Shown here piece after piece: positions 37,819 to 51,940 of a stretch of 64,000 nt of DNA. The translations under genes were made by a program, and so were the position numbers. The DNA is taken from assembly GCA_963514005.1 (NCBI GenBank), contig OY740783.1:43214001-43278000 (forward strand). Direction: 5' to 3'. The stretch is from Raja brachyura (lineage: Eukaryota). Every line of letters begins with the position of its first letter. Positions within the stretch are counted from its first letter, which is position 1. The notes under the pieces are model-generated. The model saw only the letters and a program-made list of their open reading frames with translations, had not been told where the DNA came from and searched no databases.

Positions 37819-38992
37819 ACCTATCACATTGCTGGCTCCTATCACGACCCATTCCTTCTCCTCCTCTTTACACTGGCTACTTGCCCTCCGATCTCTCTTG
37901 AAACATTGGCCCTCAATAGATGTTGCCAGACCCACTGAGACCGTCTAGCAGCTCTCCTTTTTTGGTTCCACATTCCAGCATCAGCAGTCTTGTGTGCTTT
38001 GACCAAGTTTGCATTCCACTACTGGGCTCCAGGGATTCGAAAGGGAGTCATCATCAAAGAACAGTCCACCAAGTTGGTACTTTTACTCTCCCTTGAGAAA
38101 TCCAAACTTGGTGGCACACACGTTGGGAAATTCCAACAGTTTCCTGCAAAATCCAACCCATAATCTAGTCATTTACATTATTGCATATGTATAAATTGCA
38201 ATTCCTTACAACAGTAACTACAGTTAATTTGTGTTAACTGCTTTAGGAAGGAAAAAACTATTACTGAAAGTTTTTCTTTTAGCTGGTCAGAAACCCTTCA
38301 AATTTGACATCAATGACCTTTCATCAGTTAATGAAAACTGCAAGTTTAAAACCTGAAATAAGCAGGGCAGGCTTCATTCGTTCATTTCCAACACATTCAG
38401 TTTTCATAGGTCTGTGATCAGAAGAATAATGCCTGGGGAAATAAGATTCCTCACTACATTAAAGGTTTCATGTGGAGGTCAACATTGACATAGTGCCAAT
38501 GCAAAATAGAGTTGGGGCTCCCAACTCAAAATGAAGATTAGTATTAAGTACAAGAGTACTTAATGACTCAGCTTAACATAGATAGGCTACAGCCTTGTAA
38601 TTGTTGATGTCAGTGTTGTGATTAAAACTAATCATTTGAAATTCTTCTGGGTAATTTTATTAAGGGTGTTATCCATTTATAAGGTATTGTGCAATTAAGG
38701 GAGTTGCCTATTTAAGAGCTGCATTGCAATAAGGTTAAATGTACCTTTGGAAGGCAGCATGTCATGTGAAAGAGATGCAAGGTGCCTTGACATGAATGTT
38801 ATGGGATGGACTCAGCTTCAGAATTTCCTGTCAATTTGGCCATTGCTACGAATATTACTAGTTGAGCAAACTACATACGGAAGCAGAATCCCGAAGAATA
38901 TAACTGCCAGTAAGGATGGTAGCCACAAGTCACAGATAGAGGGAGCAAATTTGTATGACAGTGCTACAGTGATCAAACTCCGAAGAGATGAA

Positions 38993-39148
38993 TGGACACA
39001 AAGTGCTGGAGTAAGTCAGCGGGGTCAGGCAGCATCTCCGGAGAAAAAGCATGAGTGACGTTTCAGGTCAGGACCCGAAACGTCACTCATCATTTTACCC
39101 CAGAGATGCTCCTTGACCTACTGAGTTACTCCAGCACTTCGTGTCTAT
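38993..39148. mobile_element. Penelope-derived inverted-pair module
   Basis: gacacaaagtgctggagtaa...gagtgacgtttc / gaaacgtcactc...ttactccagcacttcgtgtc. Confidence 0.8.
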
Positions 39149-40774
39149 GTTTGGGATAGACTAATGGATAGACTAAATAGTGCTGAATGTAATCCACTGC
39201 ACATGCAAGGAGCATCATAACAACAGTACATTCAAGGCCCACTGTATCCAATGAGAAAGCGCCTATGAATATACGCTATAATACTATGCCTTTGTAGGCT
39301 AGAATTTATATGGGAAATACTGCAGGCTCTTTTCATTTATTACATTTTTCAAAAGGGAAATAATATAATTTGTTAGTGTCTCTTTAAGAACAGAGTGCAC
39401 CATCATTGTACCAGACACCGCCTGCAATAATGGTTGTTCTGTTGGTCGCTCTGTCATTAGCTCTAGTGACCAGCAACATGAAAGAGCCTCGAGGCACACG
39501 GGGGATGTTAAGCAATTAAAATAAATAGGTTAATACCTCTATTATCAGAATTTTATGGGATATCAGCATCTATCTAGTTACTGGTAGCATTATCATTCTT
39601 ATCCAGGCATATATTTGGCTGCTGCTGACATCAGCCCATGTTCTGTTCGTGCTTTCGACTGAAATGGATTATCTGCTTTCTCCTGTTGCTTCAAAGAATA
39701 TTACATTTGCCAAAAACAGTAAAGCAAATGCTACAGGGCTACCACATTCTCTGGGTTGCCCCCCGCAGTGAGAATGACAGAGGACATTTTACTGAAAACG
39801 ATCCTTAACAAAGCAGACTGCAAGCTGCTTACGGAGTTAAGAAGCGTACTGAAAATAATCTGCATATTTTTTTCCTCTTTGACACCTTTGCATTACTAAT
39901 TGAAATAATACTTTGGTGATTAATTGATGCTAAGTTAAAACTTACACTAATTAGAAAGTGTTGGGCACATTAACCATGGTAGATAAGTACACAACAGAGT
40001 AGAATTAGTACCAAATAATTGTATCTAAACACACAATGGAACTACCACAGAGAAATACCAGGATCAGACAGATTTTTTAGAAAATGTGATTCTGCACTAT
40101 TCGATGCAGAAAGACATTTAAAACTAGAAACTTCCATTTCATTCCCTTTCCATGGATACAGCCGGACCTGTTGTGTTTTCATATTTTTGAGTCAGTTATT
40201 CAGCATTTATAGTTCTTATTTGCATTTTGAGTGAAGATAAAATTACTGTTCTTCCTTTCTGACAGGAGGACGAAGGAGCAGTTAAATTGGAATGAGTGAT
40301 TTACCCACTCTTTTCCAATCAGACCCACTGCAACCTAACACCTCTTGTAGTATTTATAGCATTGAATCAGGTGATTGAAAGAAGATGGATCCTACTTAAT
40401 ATTTCAGTGAGGATATCAATGCTGCAACATAACACTAACTTCATGAATGAGAGAGTTCTGAGTATACCTGCAGCTGGCACCAGACCCATGGCACAAGGGC
40501 CACCGACTAAAATAACCTAGGATTAGTTAAAAACTATCCAGAGTCTGTCCAAACTCCTTGCAGACCAACAGACGTGTCCCAGAAAAGAGTCATTGGGCTC
40601 TCTGATATCAGTAATCAAAGGATTCCTGTAAATCCTAAAATCTGGCTTTCCACTGGTCATGATGGGCCTAGACCAACCTGATCCCAGTCTGCCTCCTACC
40701 CACTGCCACAGATGCTCAGCCACAAACTCCTGTTGCTACATTCCTGTTCTCACCTGGCTGGCAAGTAGTATATT

Positions 40775-41248
40775 GACCTTTATGTCCTGGGCCTCCTCCA
40801 CAGTCTGAGTGAGGTCCAGTGCAAATTGGAGGAACAGCACCTCATATTTCACTTGGGCAGATTACACCCCAGCGGTATGAATATTGACTTCTCTGACTTC
40901 AAGTAACCCTTGGTTTCCCTCTCTGTCTATTCCTCCCCCTCCTAGTTCTCCAACCAGTCTGATTGTTTCCCTGATTACATTTTATCTCTGTATGCTCCGA
41001 TGTCACCTTCTCCTTGCTAACAATGATCCATTCTCCATTTTCATTGAACTACACCCCCTTTCAATGTCTCATATTCACACCTCACCCTTCCTTATCTCAG
41101 TATCTTCCTCTCCCCCGACTCTCAGTTTAAAGAGCGTCCAAAACGTCACCCATTCCTTCTATCCATAGATGCTGCCTGTCCCGCTGAGTTACTCCAGTAT
41201 TGTGTGTCTATCTTTGGTTAAACCAGCATCTGCAGTTCCTTCCTGCAC
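40775..41248 (+). mobile_element. Penelope-like 3' fragment
   Basis: tcctgggcctcctcca...aattggaggaacagcacctcatattt is shared with 32290-32400 and, on the minus strand, 5410-5510; terminal module present. Confidence 0.82.
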
Positions 41249-41771
41249 AAGTAGTAAATCTGCTCAAGTGAAAGCAGGGAACTTTCATTTACATGTGACA
41301 GCTAAGTGAGGTGTTAGACAGGATCTCCATACCCTGGAACACTCTGGCTCAGTTAGGTCCTTACTTTGAACCTCCCATGCACCATTCACAACTTCCTTTC
41401 AAATGCTTGGCTATATTCATCCTCAACTACTGAATAATATATGAGATAATTTGATCATAAGAAGGTGCTCAAAACCCTCACATAGGTATATAAATGTGAA
41501 CAATATACAACCTTAGGCATATTCTACTGGATTATAAAATATCTTGGGCATGCTAATACAACATGGCAGGCTTGGTTGAAAACAATAGACAGTAGGTGCA
41601 GGAGTAGGCCCTTCGGCCCTTCGAGCCAGCACCGCCATTCAATATGATTATGGTTGATCATCCCCATTCGGTACCCCAAAACCCAATTCGATCTTTGAAT
41701 TCCCACACTGAGAGATGATTATTATCTTTAATCAATGCTCAGTTGCTCAATAGATGAGACTTATTTGCTCA

Positions 41772-42609
41772 GCAGGGTGGCATAGTGGTATTGTTGCTGC
41801 CTTACGGGCCTGTCCTACTTAGGCGATTTTTTCGGCGATTGTCATAGTCGTAGCAGGTCGCACCGAAAATCGGTGACTGGACCACACCCTACGACAATGT
41901 CTTCGACAATGTCTTCGACAATGTCTTCAACAACCTACCTCCTAGTCGACGTCAAGCTAAGGCAAGCTACTGACAACCAGCGACTATTAGGACGTCCACC
42001 TACGACCACACCGCGACAAGCTACGACAATTCAGTCGCCGGTACCTGTCGCCGGTTGACGTAGGTAGTTGCCAATGGAATTCACCAAAATCAGCACCGGC
42101 GACAACCGTTATCCTGGCGACAACCTACCCAGGTCAGGAGAAGTCAAGATACGCTCATATGTGTCAAACCCACTGATGCCGAAAACACGTTGAAAATCTA
42201 GCGGCGACCAGAAAGACGCTACGACTCTTTGCGTGGTTGAGGAGACTACTCACGACCATACAGACGATACAACAGCGACCATGTGGCGACAGCCAATTCG
42301 CCTGTAGTCGCCTAAAAAATTGCCTAAGTGGGACAAGCCCATAACAGCACTGGAGATCTGGATTGAAACCCGACTACGGGTGCTGTCTGTACAGAGTTTG
42401 TACGTTCTCCCTGTGACCGCGTGGGTTTTCTCCAGGTGCTCCGATTTCCTCACACATACGTACAGGTTTGTAGATTAATTGGCTTTGGTAAAATTGTAAA
42501 GAAATTGTCCCTAGTGTAGCATAGTGTTAGTCCATTGGGTGATCGCTGGTCGGCGTGGATGCAGTGGACCGAAGAACCTATTTCCCTGTTATCTCACAAA
42601 AAATCTAAA
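41772..42609 (+). mobile_element. V-SINE interrupted in its tRNA-like head by a MITE
   Basis: Head ...gttgctgcctta stops at 41804 and resumes at 42345 (cagcactggaga), followed by V-domain and tail. Confidence 0.82.
41805..42341. mobile_element. MITE, PIF/Harbinger-like
   Basis: TIR GGGCCTGTCCTACTTAGGCGATTTTTT / AAAAAATTGCCTAAGTGGGACAAGCCC; flanks tta and taa; interior rich in CGAC/GTCG motifs. Confidence 0.85.
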
Positions 42610-43889
42610 GGTAAGTGTTCCACGTTACATCATTCCATGCCATGTTCCCTTTACTTCAGCATCTTGAACATAGTTGAGTCAGGGGATATGGGGAGAAGTC
42701 AGGAATGGGGTACTGATTGCGGATGATCAGCCATGATCACATTGAATGGCAGTGCTGGCTTGATGGGCCGAATGGCCTACTCCTGCACCTATTGTCTATT
42801 ATCTATTGTCAATCTCATCCCAGGATGAGTAAAATGGGAATAAAGAGTTAAGCCCTTGTGAACATAATTTCTTATCTACCAATGTGGTTGATAAACTACC
42901 CTGTGCTGCTGTCTAAAAGCAAAGTTGTGATAAATGCTGCCTTGCTCATTATTCCAATTAGCCGTTTACATCGATGCCCTCAGTAATATTGTTTTACATC
43001 CAATCCTGGACTAGATCATAACCAGATCGATATGCACAGTGTATTGCAAGTCCCATAATTCCATTACTGACAGGTGTTGCTGAATCAGCTGGTAGATTTA
43101 TATCAAGTTAGAGTATGAAACAAAATCCATTTAGGAGAAGACAAAGCATTCGTGTCCCTCAGTAACAAAGGACGGAATCTAATTACTGTCAGAGGCAAAG
43201 ACACAAATTGCTCTGTTTTAGTTCAGGCCATGCATTGAGTCTGAAATTTATACAATTCACAATACTGTCATTGTGCAAATTAAAATAACCAATTCAATTC
43301 CACTAAATTTGAGAAAAGTGCTTTTAACCAGATATAAATATCTTTGTTTTTACACAGAGTGGTGAGCTCATTTAGTTTGCCTCTTGTGTTCCCCCTGAAC
43401 ACCCAGGCATGGCCTTTGCCCCCTAGTTCAGATCTTGGACACTGTTGCACTTGAGCAGACCCCTCTCTCCATCAAGTGGCAGGGCTGCAACCTCTGAACG
43501 GTGAGACAGGAAACCTCACAGAAATATTTAAACAATACCGTTTCTGGCATATTGGACCTCAACATAAGCCTTAAAATGATCTTCTTTCAAAGGTACCAAT
43601 ATTTTAAGTCAGAAAAGGAATGCAATTGAACATCACTGGATCCAACTACTTTCACCGAGTGTCCAACTGCAGCTATTGATGAGTAACACCGACCCCACTC
43701 ATCACTAATCCAAATCCTTTGACCTAATGAACAGTTTTTTTTAGTTTTGGGCAAGGAATTTTAAGAGAAGTGGTGGAGACCTGTAGTGCACCTGTAGTTG
43801 AGATATCACTGTATTTTTCACTTGTGGGCACTGTGATGCAAACTTCAGTTGTGAGAAGGGCACCAGGATTGTTGTTGCACATTTGTAGA

Positions 43890-44090
43890 AAGGAACTGTA
43901 GATGCTGGTTTATACTGAAGATAGACACGACATGCTTGAGTAACTCAGTGGGTCAGGCAGAATATCTGGAGAAAAGGAATGGGTGACTTTCAGTCTGAAG
44001 AAGGGTCCTGACCAGAAACGTCAGTCATCCTTTTTCTTCAGAGATGCTGCCTGACCCGCTGAGTTACACCAGCACTTTGTGTCTATCTTT
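43890..44090. mobile_element. Penelope-derived inverted-pair module with near-intact hammerhead core (about 43990-44025)
   Basis: agt-CTGAAGA-agggtcctgacca-GAAAC-GTC; arms aagatagacac ... gtgtctatctt. Confidence 0.8.
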
Positions 44091-44934
44091 TGTTGTTGCA
44101 CATTTTCAGTATTAGATGTATGGTCCAGTAGTCTGGTCTGGGGCAGGGTTTGGGGAGCATGGGAGATAGAGTTGCATTAGCCAGTTGCTGTATGGCTAGT
44201 CAGGACTTATGCAGTGGGATGAAATGACCAGAAAAGTTGCATAGGAAATGATCTCTTCCATCCACAGTAATTCTAATCTTGCATCGAGATGCAGAGTTGA
44301 TACACACTCAGAAACACTGTGATGGATTTTTGCAGTGATGTTAAACAATCTGGAACGAAGCACATTATTGTGCTTCGCTTCAGAAGACAATAACTTTTCT
44401 CAATTGCATAATGCTGAAAAACAGAGCTGTGCAAATTGAATTTCCAGGCAAGTGAGTCATCCAGATGATGACTGAGTTCTGATGGCTGGTAAAGGTCCAG
44501 CAATAATATATTTTCTTCCTTCTGAACTTGATCAAGCTGCTCTAAGGTTTGCAAAACTCTCTGGTGCATGTAGATTAAAGAACGCTGTTGCAGATTAAAT
44601 TCATCATCAAATAAGAAACAGAGGAATAGCTTCAAATACATTACTTTGACTATGCTAGTCTTGGTTATTCTCTTGGGCTTGAAGTGAAAACTACTGTTGA
44701 ACCACCAGTCTGAAGGAAGGATCTCAACACAAAACGTCGCCTGTCCATTCAATCCCCAGATGCTGCCTGACCTACTGAGATCCTCCAGCACTTTGTATTT
44801 GCCTCCATAAAACTATTGTTATTGCAAACACATCAAATGATAGAGAATGGAATTGTGCCTTTCAGTAGATCCAGTGTGCTGAGTTTTGTGTGGATTGAGC
44901 TATATGCCTCCACTAAGGATCTTACACTTTATTA

Positions 44935-45575
44935 AACATAGAAACATAGAAAATAGGTGCAGGAGGAGGGCATTCGGCCCTTCGAGCCAGCACCGCCATT
45001 CATTGTGATCATGGCTGATCGTCCGCTATCAATAACCCGTGCCTGCCTTCTCCCCATATCCCTTGACTCCACTAGCCCCTAGAGCTCTGTCCAACTCTCT
45101 CTTAAATCCATCCAGTGATTTGGCCTCCACTGCCCTCTGTGGCAGGGAATTCCATAAATTCACAACTCTCTGGGTAAAAAAGTTTTTTCTCAGCTCAGTC
45201 CTGAATGACCTCCCCTTTATTCTAAGACTGTGGCCCCTGGTTCTGGATTCATCCAACATTGGGAACATTTTTCCTGCATTTAGCTTTTCCTGCATCTAGC
45301 TTGTCCAGTCCTTTATAATTTTATATGTTTCTATAAGATCCCCCCTCATCCTTTTAAACTCCAGTGAATACAAGCCTAGTCTTTTCAATCTTTCCTCATA
45401 TGACAGTCCCGCCATCCCAGGGATCAATCTCGTGAACCTACGCTGCACTGCCCCAATCACAAGGATATCCTTTCTCAAATTAGGAGACCAAAACTGTACA
45501 CAATACTCCAGATGTGGTCTCACCAGAGCCCTATACAACTGCAGAAGAACCTCTTTACTCCTGTACTGAAATCCT
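44935..45575 (-). mobile_element. CR1 LINE 3' fragment, young
   Basis: ORFs 45296..45643 and 45029..45295; near-identical to 61794-62280 in the opposite orientation. Confidence 0.93.
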
Positions 45576-48019
45576 CTACTGTACTGTACTACAAATCCTG
45601 TACTGGAAGTACTGACCACTTGGTGGTAATTAATAACACTCACATCTTTTGCTCTCTAATGTTTTCTCTTCTCATATGGGTAGTGCATCACTTTTCACTG
45701 CTTTTTTTGTGGTTCCAATGACAAATGACTTCTACTACAAGTACATGAAAAGCCATTTTCATCAGCTGAGACATAGCCAGATGTGACGTTCAGTACTTCA
45801 GTACTCCACATCATACATCACTAACATGCAGTAATATCTGAAAAGTAAATGTCTTGTTTTTAATTTAGCAAAACTCATTACAACCGAGGCTGTATTTGCT
45901 ATTTGGAAAGAAGTCCCTAAATTCCACAGTGAGAAGAAGAAAACTTTCAAATTAGCTCATTGCTGAGGCAAAGACAGCTGATACATTGATACCAGGAAAC
46001 AATTGTATTCATTTAAAAGCAAAATTGCAACCACTATTGAAGAAAATAATATCTAAAAGCCACTTATCTGCCTTCACCACCACCCCTGGCAGTGTGTTAC
46101 AGGCACCCACCACTCTCTGGGTAAAGATCTTGCTCCACACATCTCTTAAATTTTGCCCCTCCCACCTTCAAACTATGCCCTCTAGTCTGTGACATTTCCA
46201 CCCAGGGAAAAAGATTCTGACTGCCTACCATATCTATGCCTCTCATAATTTTACAAACTGCTATCAGGTCTCCAACATTCCAGAGAAAACAATTCAAATT
46301 TGTCCTACCTCCATATAGTTAATACATTCTAATCCAGGTACTATATAAATATGAAGCTGAGAACAAATTCAATTTATTATGTGATATGCTGTTACATTTA
46401 GATTATGACTCAGTATAACTTACTTAACTTGCCCCAAGATTAATATGTCCTTCATAAACTGAGGCATCGATCTGAGTGCAATATTCCAAATGCGTCTCAC
46501 TGGCATTTATGTAACTGTAACAGGACTTTGTTATGAAAGTATTCTGTGGGAATAGTCTTCATGGGAAGCCAATCAGAAGACAACATATCTACCAAAGCCA
46601 TTTACCCCATCCGTTTAAAAAAACATTTTCCAGCTTTTGTAATAATTTATTTTGCTGCTCAAAGATTACCTACAAATATAATATTACTTCAGATCAATGT
46701 TCATAAAATGTTAGGCAAGATTTTTTTATGTAGCCATCCCACAGCCTTTGATATGCCAGAAGACTTTGATCAAACATGAACTTCGTTCTCAAGGAAATTG
46801 AATTGTTAACCTCCACACTAATTATCTAAATTGCAGCTGTTCTTTCATGAAATTTGAACGCCCCCTTCACCAGCATGTCTCACAAAAAATAAACATGCTA
46901 ATTACCATCTTGCAATCATCACATTGTCAATGTTGATTGTACGACCATGAACATTGCTTCTAAATAAACATTGACTGTCATATTTGTTCCTTGTTTCGAA
47001 TTTATCAGCTGAAATTTCCAGCAATAGATTAATGGTATCATTGTTCCACATGGAATATTCGTCCAAAGGGTTAGAACCCACGGGATTCAAGGCACGTTGA
47101 CAAATTGGATTCAGAATTAATTTAGTAATAGGAGGCAGAGGATGATGGTTGAAAGTTGTCTTTGTGATTGGAAACCAGTGACTAGTTGTGTATAACTAGG
47201 ATCAGCCCTGGAACTCTTAATGTTTGAAATAAACACATGAACAATTTAGGCGTAAATATAAGATGTGCAACCAGTAAATTCACAGATTACATGAAAATTG
47301 GTGGTGTCATTGATTGTGATAAGAGTAGCCTTGGTTTGCATAATAATATTGATTAATGATAAGATGCGCAGACCAGTGGCAGATGGAACTTACTTCTGAA
47401 ATGTCGGAGGCAATGTATTTTGAAAGGGCTATCAAGAGTAGATACACAGGACACATAAAAGGCCAGAATGGACACCATCAGGTCCTGCCGCGACTTACCC
47501 TAATGCAAGTTCAGATGTGCTCCCCTTACAACTCTCCTCTGGACTGGAAAGATATGTGTATTTTAGTCGGCACTTGTTTGCAAAGTTAATATAAAAGAGG
47601 TCCAGGGCAATTACTAAAACATCATGGAATCTATTCTAAAAATACATGCTGCAAATTGTGATAGGTATATAAGATGCAAAACCTACTCAAATGTTATGGG
47701 GCAGGTATTTGCATAATTATTCAAAGATTCAAAGGTCTTTGAATAATTATGCAAATACCTGCCCCCACAACATTTGAGTAAATTCAAAGATTCAGTTGGA
47801 CATTTGGGCAGACACAAGAAACAGCTGTCTTGTGAATCCAAAATAGAGCACATCCAAACCTTGAAAGATTGAAGATTTCTACGCATTATTGCATCTAATT
47901 TATATACATTGCAAAACCATTTGATTTGTCCCAACAGGTCCAAGTCAGTGTTTATGCTGAATACATTTAAATTAAGAGTATTTGTGTAGAAGATGAAATT
48001 ACAAGATGAGGGTTTTTGA

Positions 48020-48845
48020 AGGTAGACACAAAAAGCTGAAATAGCTCAGCGGGACAGCAGCATCTCTGGAGAGAAGAATAGGGTGACGCTTCGGGTCAAG
48101 ACGCTTTTTCAGCAGCCCAAAATGTCACCCATTCCTTCTCTCCAGAGATGCTGCCGGTCCCACTAAGTTACTCCAGCTTTTTATGTCTATCTTCAGTTTA
48201 AACCAGCATCTGCAGCTCCTTCTTACACATGGGAGTTTTTGAGGTCAGTATGTTTTCAAATCAACTCGTAAACTGGCTGTAGAAATAAAGAACTACAGAT
48301 GATGGTTTATATCGAAGATAGACACAAAGTGCTGTAGTAATTCAGCAGGTCAGGCAGCATCTCTGGAGGAAAAGGATAGATGGCGTTTTGGGGCAAGACT
48401 CTTCTTCAGACTGTAGGGGGATGGGAGGCTAAAGAGCTGGTGGTGAGAAAAGACCAGATCTGATAAGGGCCAGGAATAAATGACCTCGAGCAGGGTGGTG
48501 CCCTGGAAGGCCCGTTGTTTGCTGGGGAAAGTGTGATCTCAGGAGGGAATGTGGTGAACTGTGGAACTGGTTAAATGCCTAGGGTAGTGGAAGGGGGAAA
48601 GGGGGGAAGGGAGGGGTGTAAGTAGAAGTTACTTAAAATTAGAGAATTCAATCATGACCCGAAACATCATCTATTCCTTTTATCCAGAGGTGCTGTGTGA
48701 CCCACTGAGGTACTCCAGCTTTTTATGTCTATCAATGTTCATACCACTGGGTTGTAAGCTCCCTAGTGACCATGGGGTGCTGTTTCTCCAATTTGTATAT
48801 GGCCTCACTCTGGCAATAGAGGAGACCCAGGGCAGAAAGGTCAGT
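48020..48845. mobile_element. Cluster of Penelope-derived modules: inverted pair 48020-48230 and longer remnant 48285-48845
   Basis: Repeated gacacaaa..gctg..gtaa.tcagc and gttactccagc arms; PLE 3' sequence gctgtttctccaatttg. Confidence 0.75.
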
Positions 48846-51339
48846 ATTTGTGGAAAACAAACCTAGCATTGGAGAAATTAACAAGATTGAAAAGCAGATA
48901 CATCCCCGGGATCTGATGACCTACATACAGGATTTTGGGGGAGAGAAGTGTGAAAATAATGAAAACACTATTTGTCATCTTCAAATTCCTCGTGATTCTA
49001 AAATCGTTCCCACAGATTGGAAGATAGCTGATATAATCCCACAATTTAACTAAGGGCTGAGAGGAAACAGTGAACTATAGACAATTTGTCTGACATTAGA
49101 AGAGATAATATTAAAACTCATTTTTACTGATGTGCCAACAAAGTAATAGGAAAATGATAAAAGAATTGTGGAATGCCAATGTAGAGTCAGGTTTGGAATA
49201 CCCATTGGACTTGTTTGAGAATGTAATAGGCAGATAAGAGTAACTAGTTGATGGACTTTCAGGATGCCTTCAGAAAGGTGCATGCAAGAAATGATTAAGC
49301 AAACTTAGAGCATATGGCATTGGGAGTAATGCTGGAGTGGATTGAGAAATGTGTAATGAACTGAAAATAGACAGTAAGAATAAAAATCATTTTAGAGTTA
49401 GGAAGCTGTGATCAGTCATGTGTCACAGGTATCAGCGCAGGGGACTCATTTGCTCATAATCTATATCAATAGTTTGGGTGAGATAATTATTTCTAAAAAT
49501 AAAATTTGCATTAAACTTAAATGTATGTGCAAGTTATAAATAGTACCACCACTAATGGTAACCCTGAAAATACTGATATCTGTGGAAAACCAACCTGGTT
49601 CACTCTAATATCCTTCAAGGATTTGGCCTGGCCAGATCCACCAACGTGACTGACTTTTAGCTGCCTCTTCGATTCGGGGGCAATTGGGTTTGAAGAACAA
49701 CGGCAGATGTTGCCAGCAACACCCATATACCATGAAATAATAAATTAAACTAATACAGCAGTAGATGTGTACAACCAAGGGGAGGAACATCAGGACAAAA
49801 CATTAGAAGCTATCGTTTCTACTTTGAGTCACTAATCATTTAGAACATGATGAATAGTGTAGATAACTCACATTAACTCCAAACCTGTATTAAGCCACAA
49901 AACATTAAGGACACTTTCCAACTTTAGGATTTATTACCAAATCTAACAAGAAAGCTTGTGTCTTGAACTGATCTCTCCATCCACACTCTCCCACCCCAGC
50001 CGACAAACAAACCCGTCTTCATTTTCCAGTTGGCTCCATTACATGGAAGAAAAACACATTGCACAACAGGCCCATTTATTCCTTTTCCACTTCATAAATA
50101 CTCCTCGTTACCCTGCAAGGGATTTTATGGAACTTCAATTTTATGGCGTATTCAAATTGAGTATAAAATAATAATTCCAAACATCATGATGGTGTGCAAC
50201 ATATATTTACTAAATGTAACCCTTGCTGCTTCAGAAACCAGATTAGTATTTCCACAGGCAGTTTCGTATTGTAGGGTAATTTAAAAAAACAAATGTAATT
50301 TTAGATTTGAATTTGGACAAAGCTTTATTTCTCAGGTCAGCGGATAATGATATTGCAATATTGAGGATAATGATACAGCCAGAATTAGTTGTCAAAGGAG
50401 AATCGGGCTCAATTTAACTTCCATTTCCCAGTGGAAAAGCGGAACTAACCCACTTTGTGTTCGCACTAACCTGACCAAAACTAATTGTGACTGATAGCTG
50501 TCCGAAATAGGTAAGATGCAGTTATTGAAAAGGTTAATCTGATGATTCACCACGCCCACCAGCTATTTTCCTCGAAGCAGAATGCTGGTGGCTGGGCTTC
50601 CAGGCTCAAGCTGTAGGGATTTCAATCGGGCTGACGTGTACATTGGTTAATGTCTGACAGATTTCCATGGCCTTCAGCTGGCCTGAATGTACATCAAACT
50701 ACCCCAACCCTCTCCATAATAATCGTGAGTAACCAAGCATTCAGTGGGTTCCTCTGATGCCATGGATCGCTCCATGGAGCTCGTGACAGCCACCATGCTG
50801 CTCCATTTTAATTAACACATAACTGTTCCACACCAATTTCCATCTCATTTTGGATCAGTTAGTAACGAGGCTTGGTCGTAAATTTGGCTGAGGTCCCACA
50901 TAAGATGGGTTATTATCTGGTTCAACTATATTGACAATACGGCCAAGAAAATATTTCAAAGCCTCTGTCCTCAGAAAACTGAGGAAAATTGATGTCCCAA
51001 ATGACTCTGACCATTTTCCATCGATGCACCGTAGAAAGCATTCTATCAGGATGCATTACAGTTTAGTATGGCAATGGCTCTGCCCAAGACTGCATGGCAC
51101 TGCAGAGAGTCATGAGCACAACCCAGTTTATCACACAAACCAAACTCTTACCCATTGACACCATCGACATTTCACACTGCCTCGGAAAAGCAGCCAACGT
51201 AATCAAAGGCCATTCATACCCCAGTCATTCCCTCTACTCCCCCTCCCGTCAGCCAGAAGATACAAAATCCTGAGAGCACACACCACCAGATTCAAGAACA
51301 GCTTCTTCCCTGCTGTTATCAGTCTCTTGACTTGACTTG

Positions 51340-51940
51340 CATGGAAACATCGAAAATAGGTGCAGGAGTAGGCCATCCGGCCCTTCGAGCCAGCACCGCC
51401 ATTCAATGTGATCATGGCTGATCATCCACAATCAGCCCCGTTCCTGCCTTCTCCCCATATCCCTTGGTTCCTCTAGCCGTAAGAGTATCTAACGCTCCTT
51501 TGAATGCATCCAATGAATTGGCCTCCACTGCCTTCTGAGGCAGAGAATTTCACAAATTCACAACTCTCTGGGTTAAAAAGTTTTCATCTCAGTTCTAAAT
51601 GGCTTACCCCTTATTCTTAAACTGTGGCCCCTGGTTCTGGACTCCCCCAACATTGGGAGCATGTTTCCTGCATCTAGCTTGTCCAATCCCTTAAGAATTT
51701 TATATGTTTCTATAAGATCCCCTCTCATCCTTCTAAATTCCAGTGAATACAAGCCCAGTCGTTCCATTTTTTCATCATATGACAGTCCCGCTATCCCGGG
51801 AATTAACCTTGTGAACCTACGCTGCATTCCCTCAATAGCAAGAATGTCCTTCCTCAAATTAGGAGACCAAAACTGCACACAATATTCCAGGTGTGGTCTC
51901 ACCAGGGCTCTGTACAACTGCAGAAGGGCCTCTTTGCTCC
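51340..51940 (-). mobile_element. CR1 LINE 3' fragment
   Basis: ORF 51573..51962 LLQLYRALVRPHLEYCVQFWSPNLRKD. Confidence 0.92.

Noticed and set aside
41880-42030. Short tandem repeats (cgacaatgtctt x3) as a CRISPR-like array
   Set aside because: No unique spacers; they are internal repeats of a TIR-bounded MITE in eukaryotic DNA.
44273-44791. 172-aa minus-strand ORF with a coiled-coil-looking stretch (QRVLQTLEQLDQVQKEE), considered as an extra TRIM exon
   Set aside because: It starts inside a Penelope-derived module and shows no similarity to TRIM36/46 and no clear donor. The expected 96-nt exon was found at 54885-54980, and the exon chain is complete without it.
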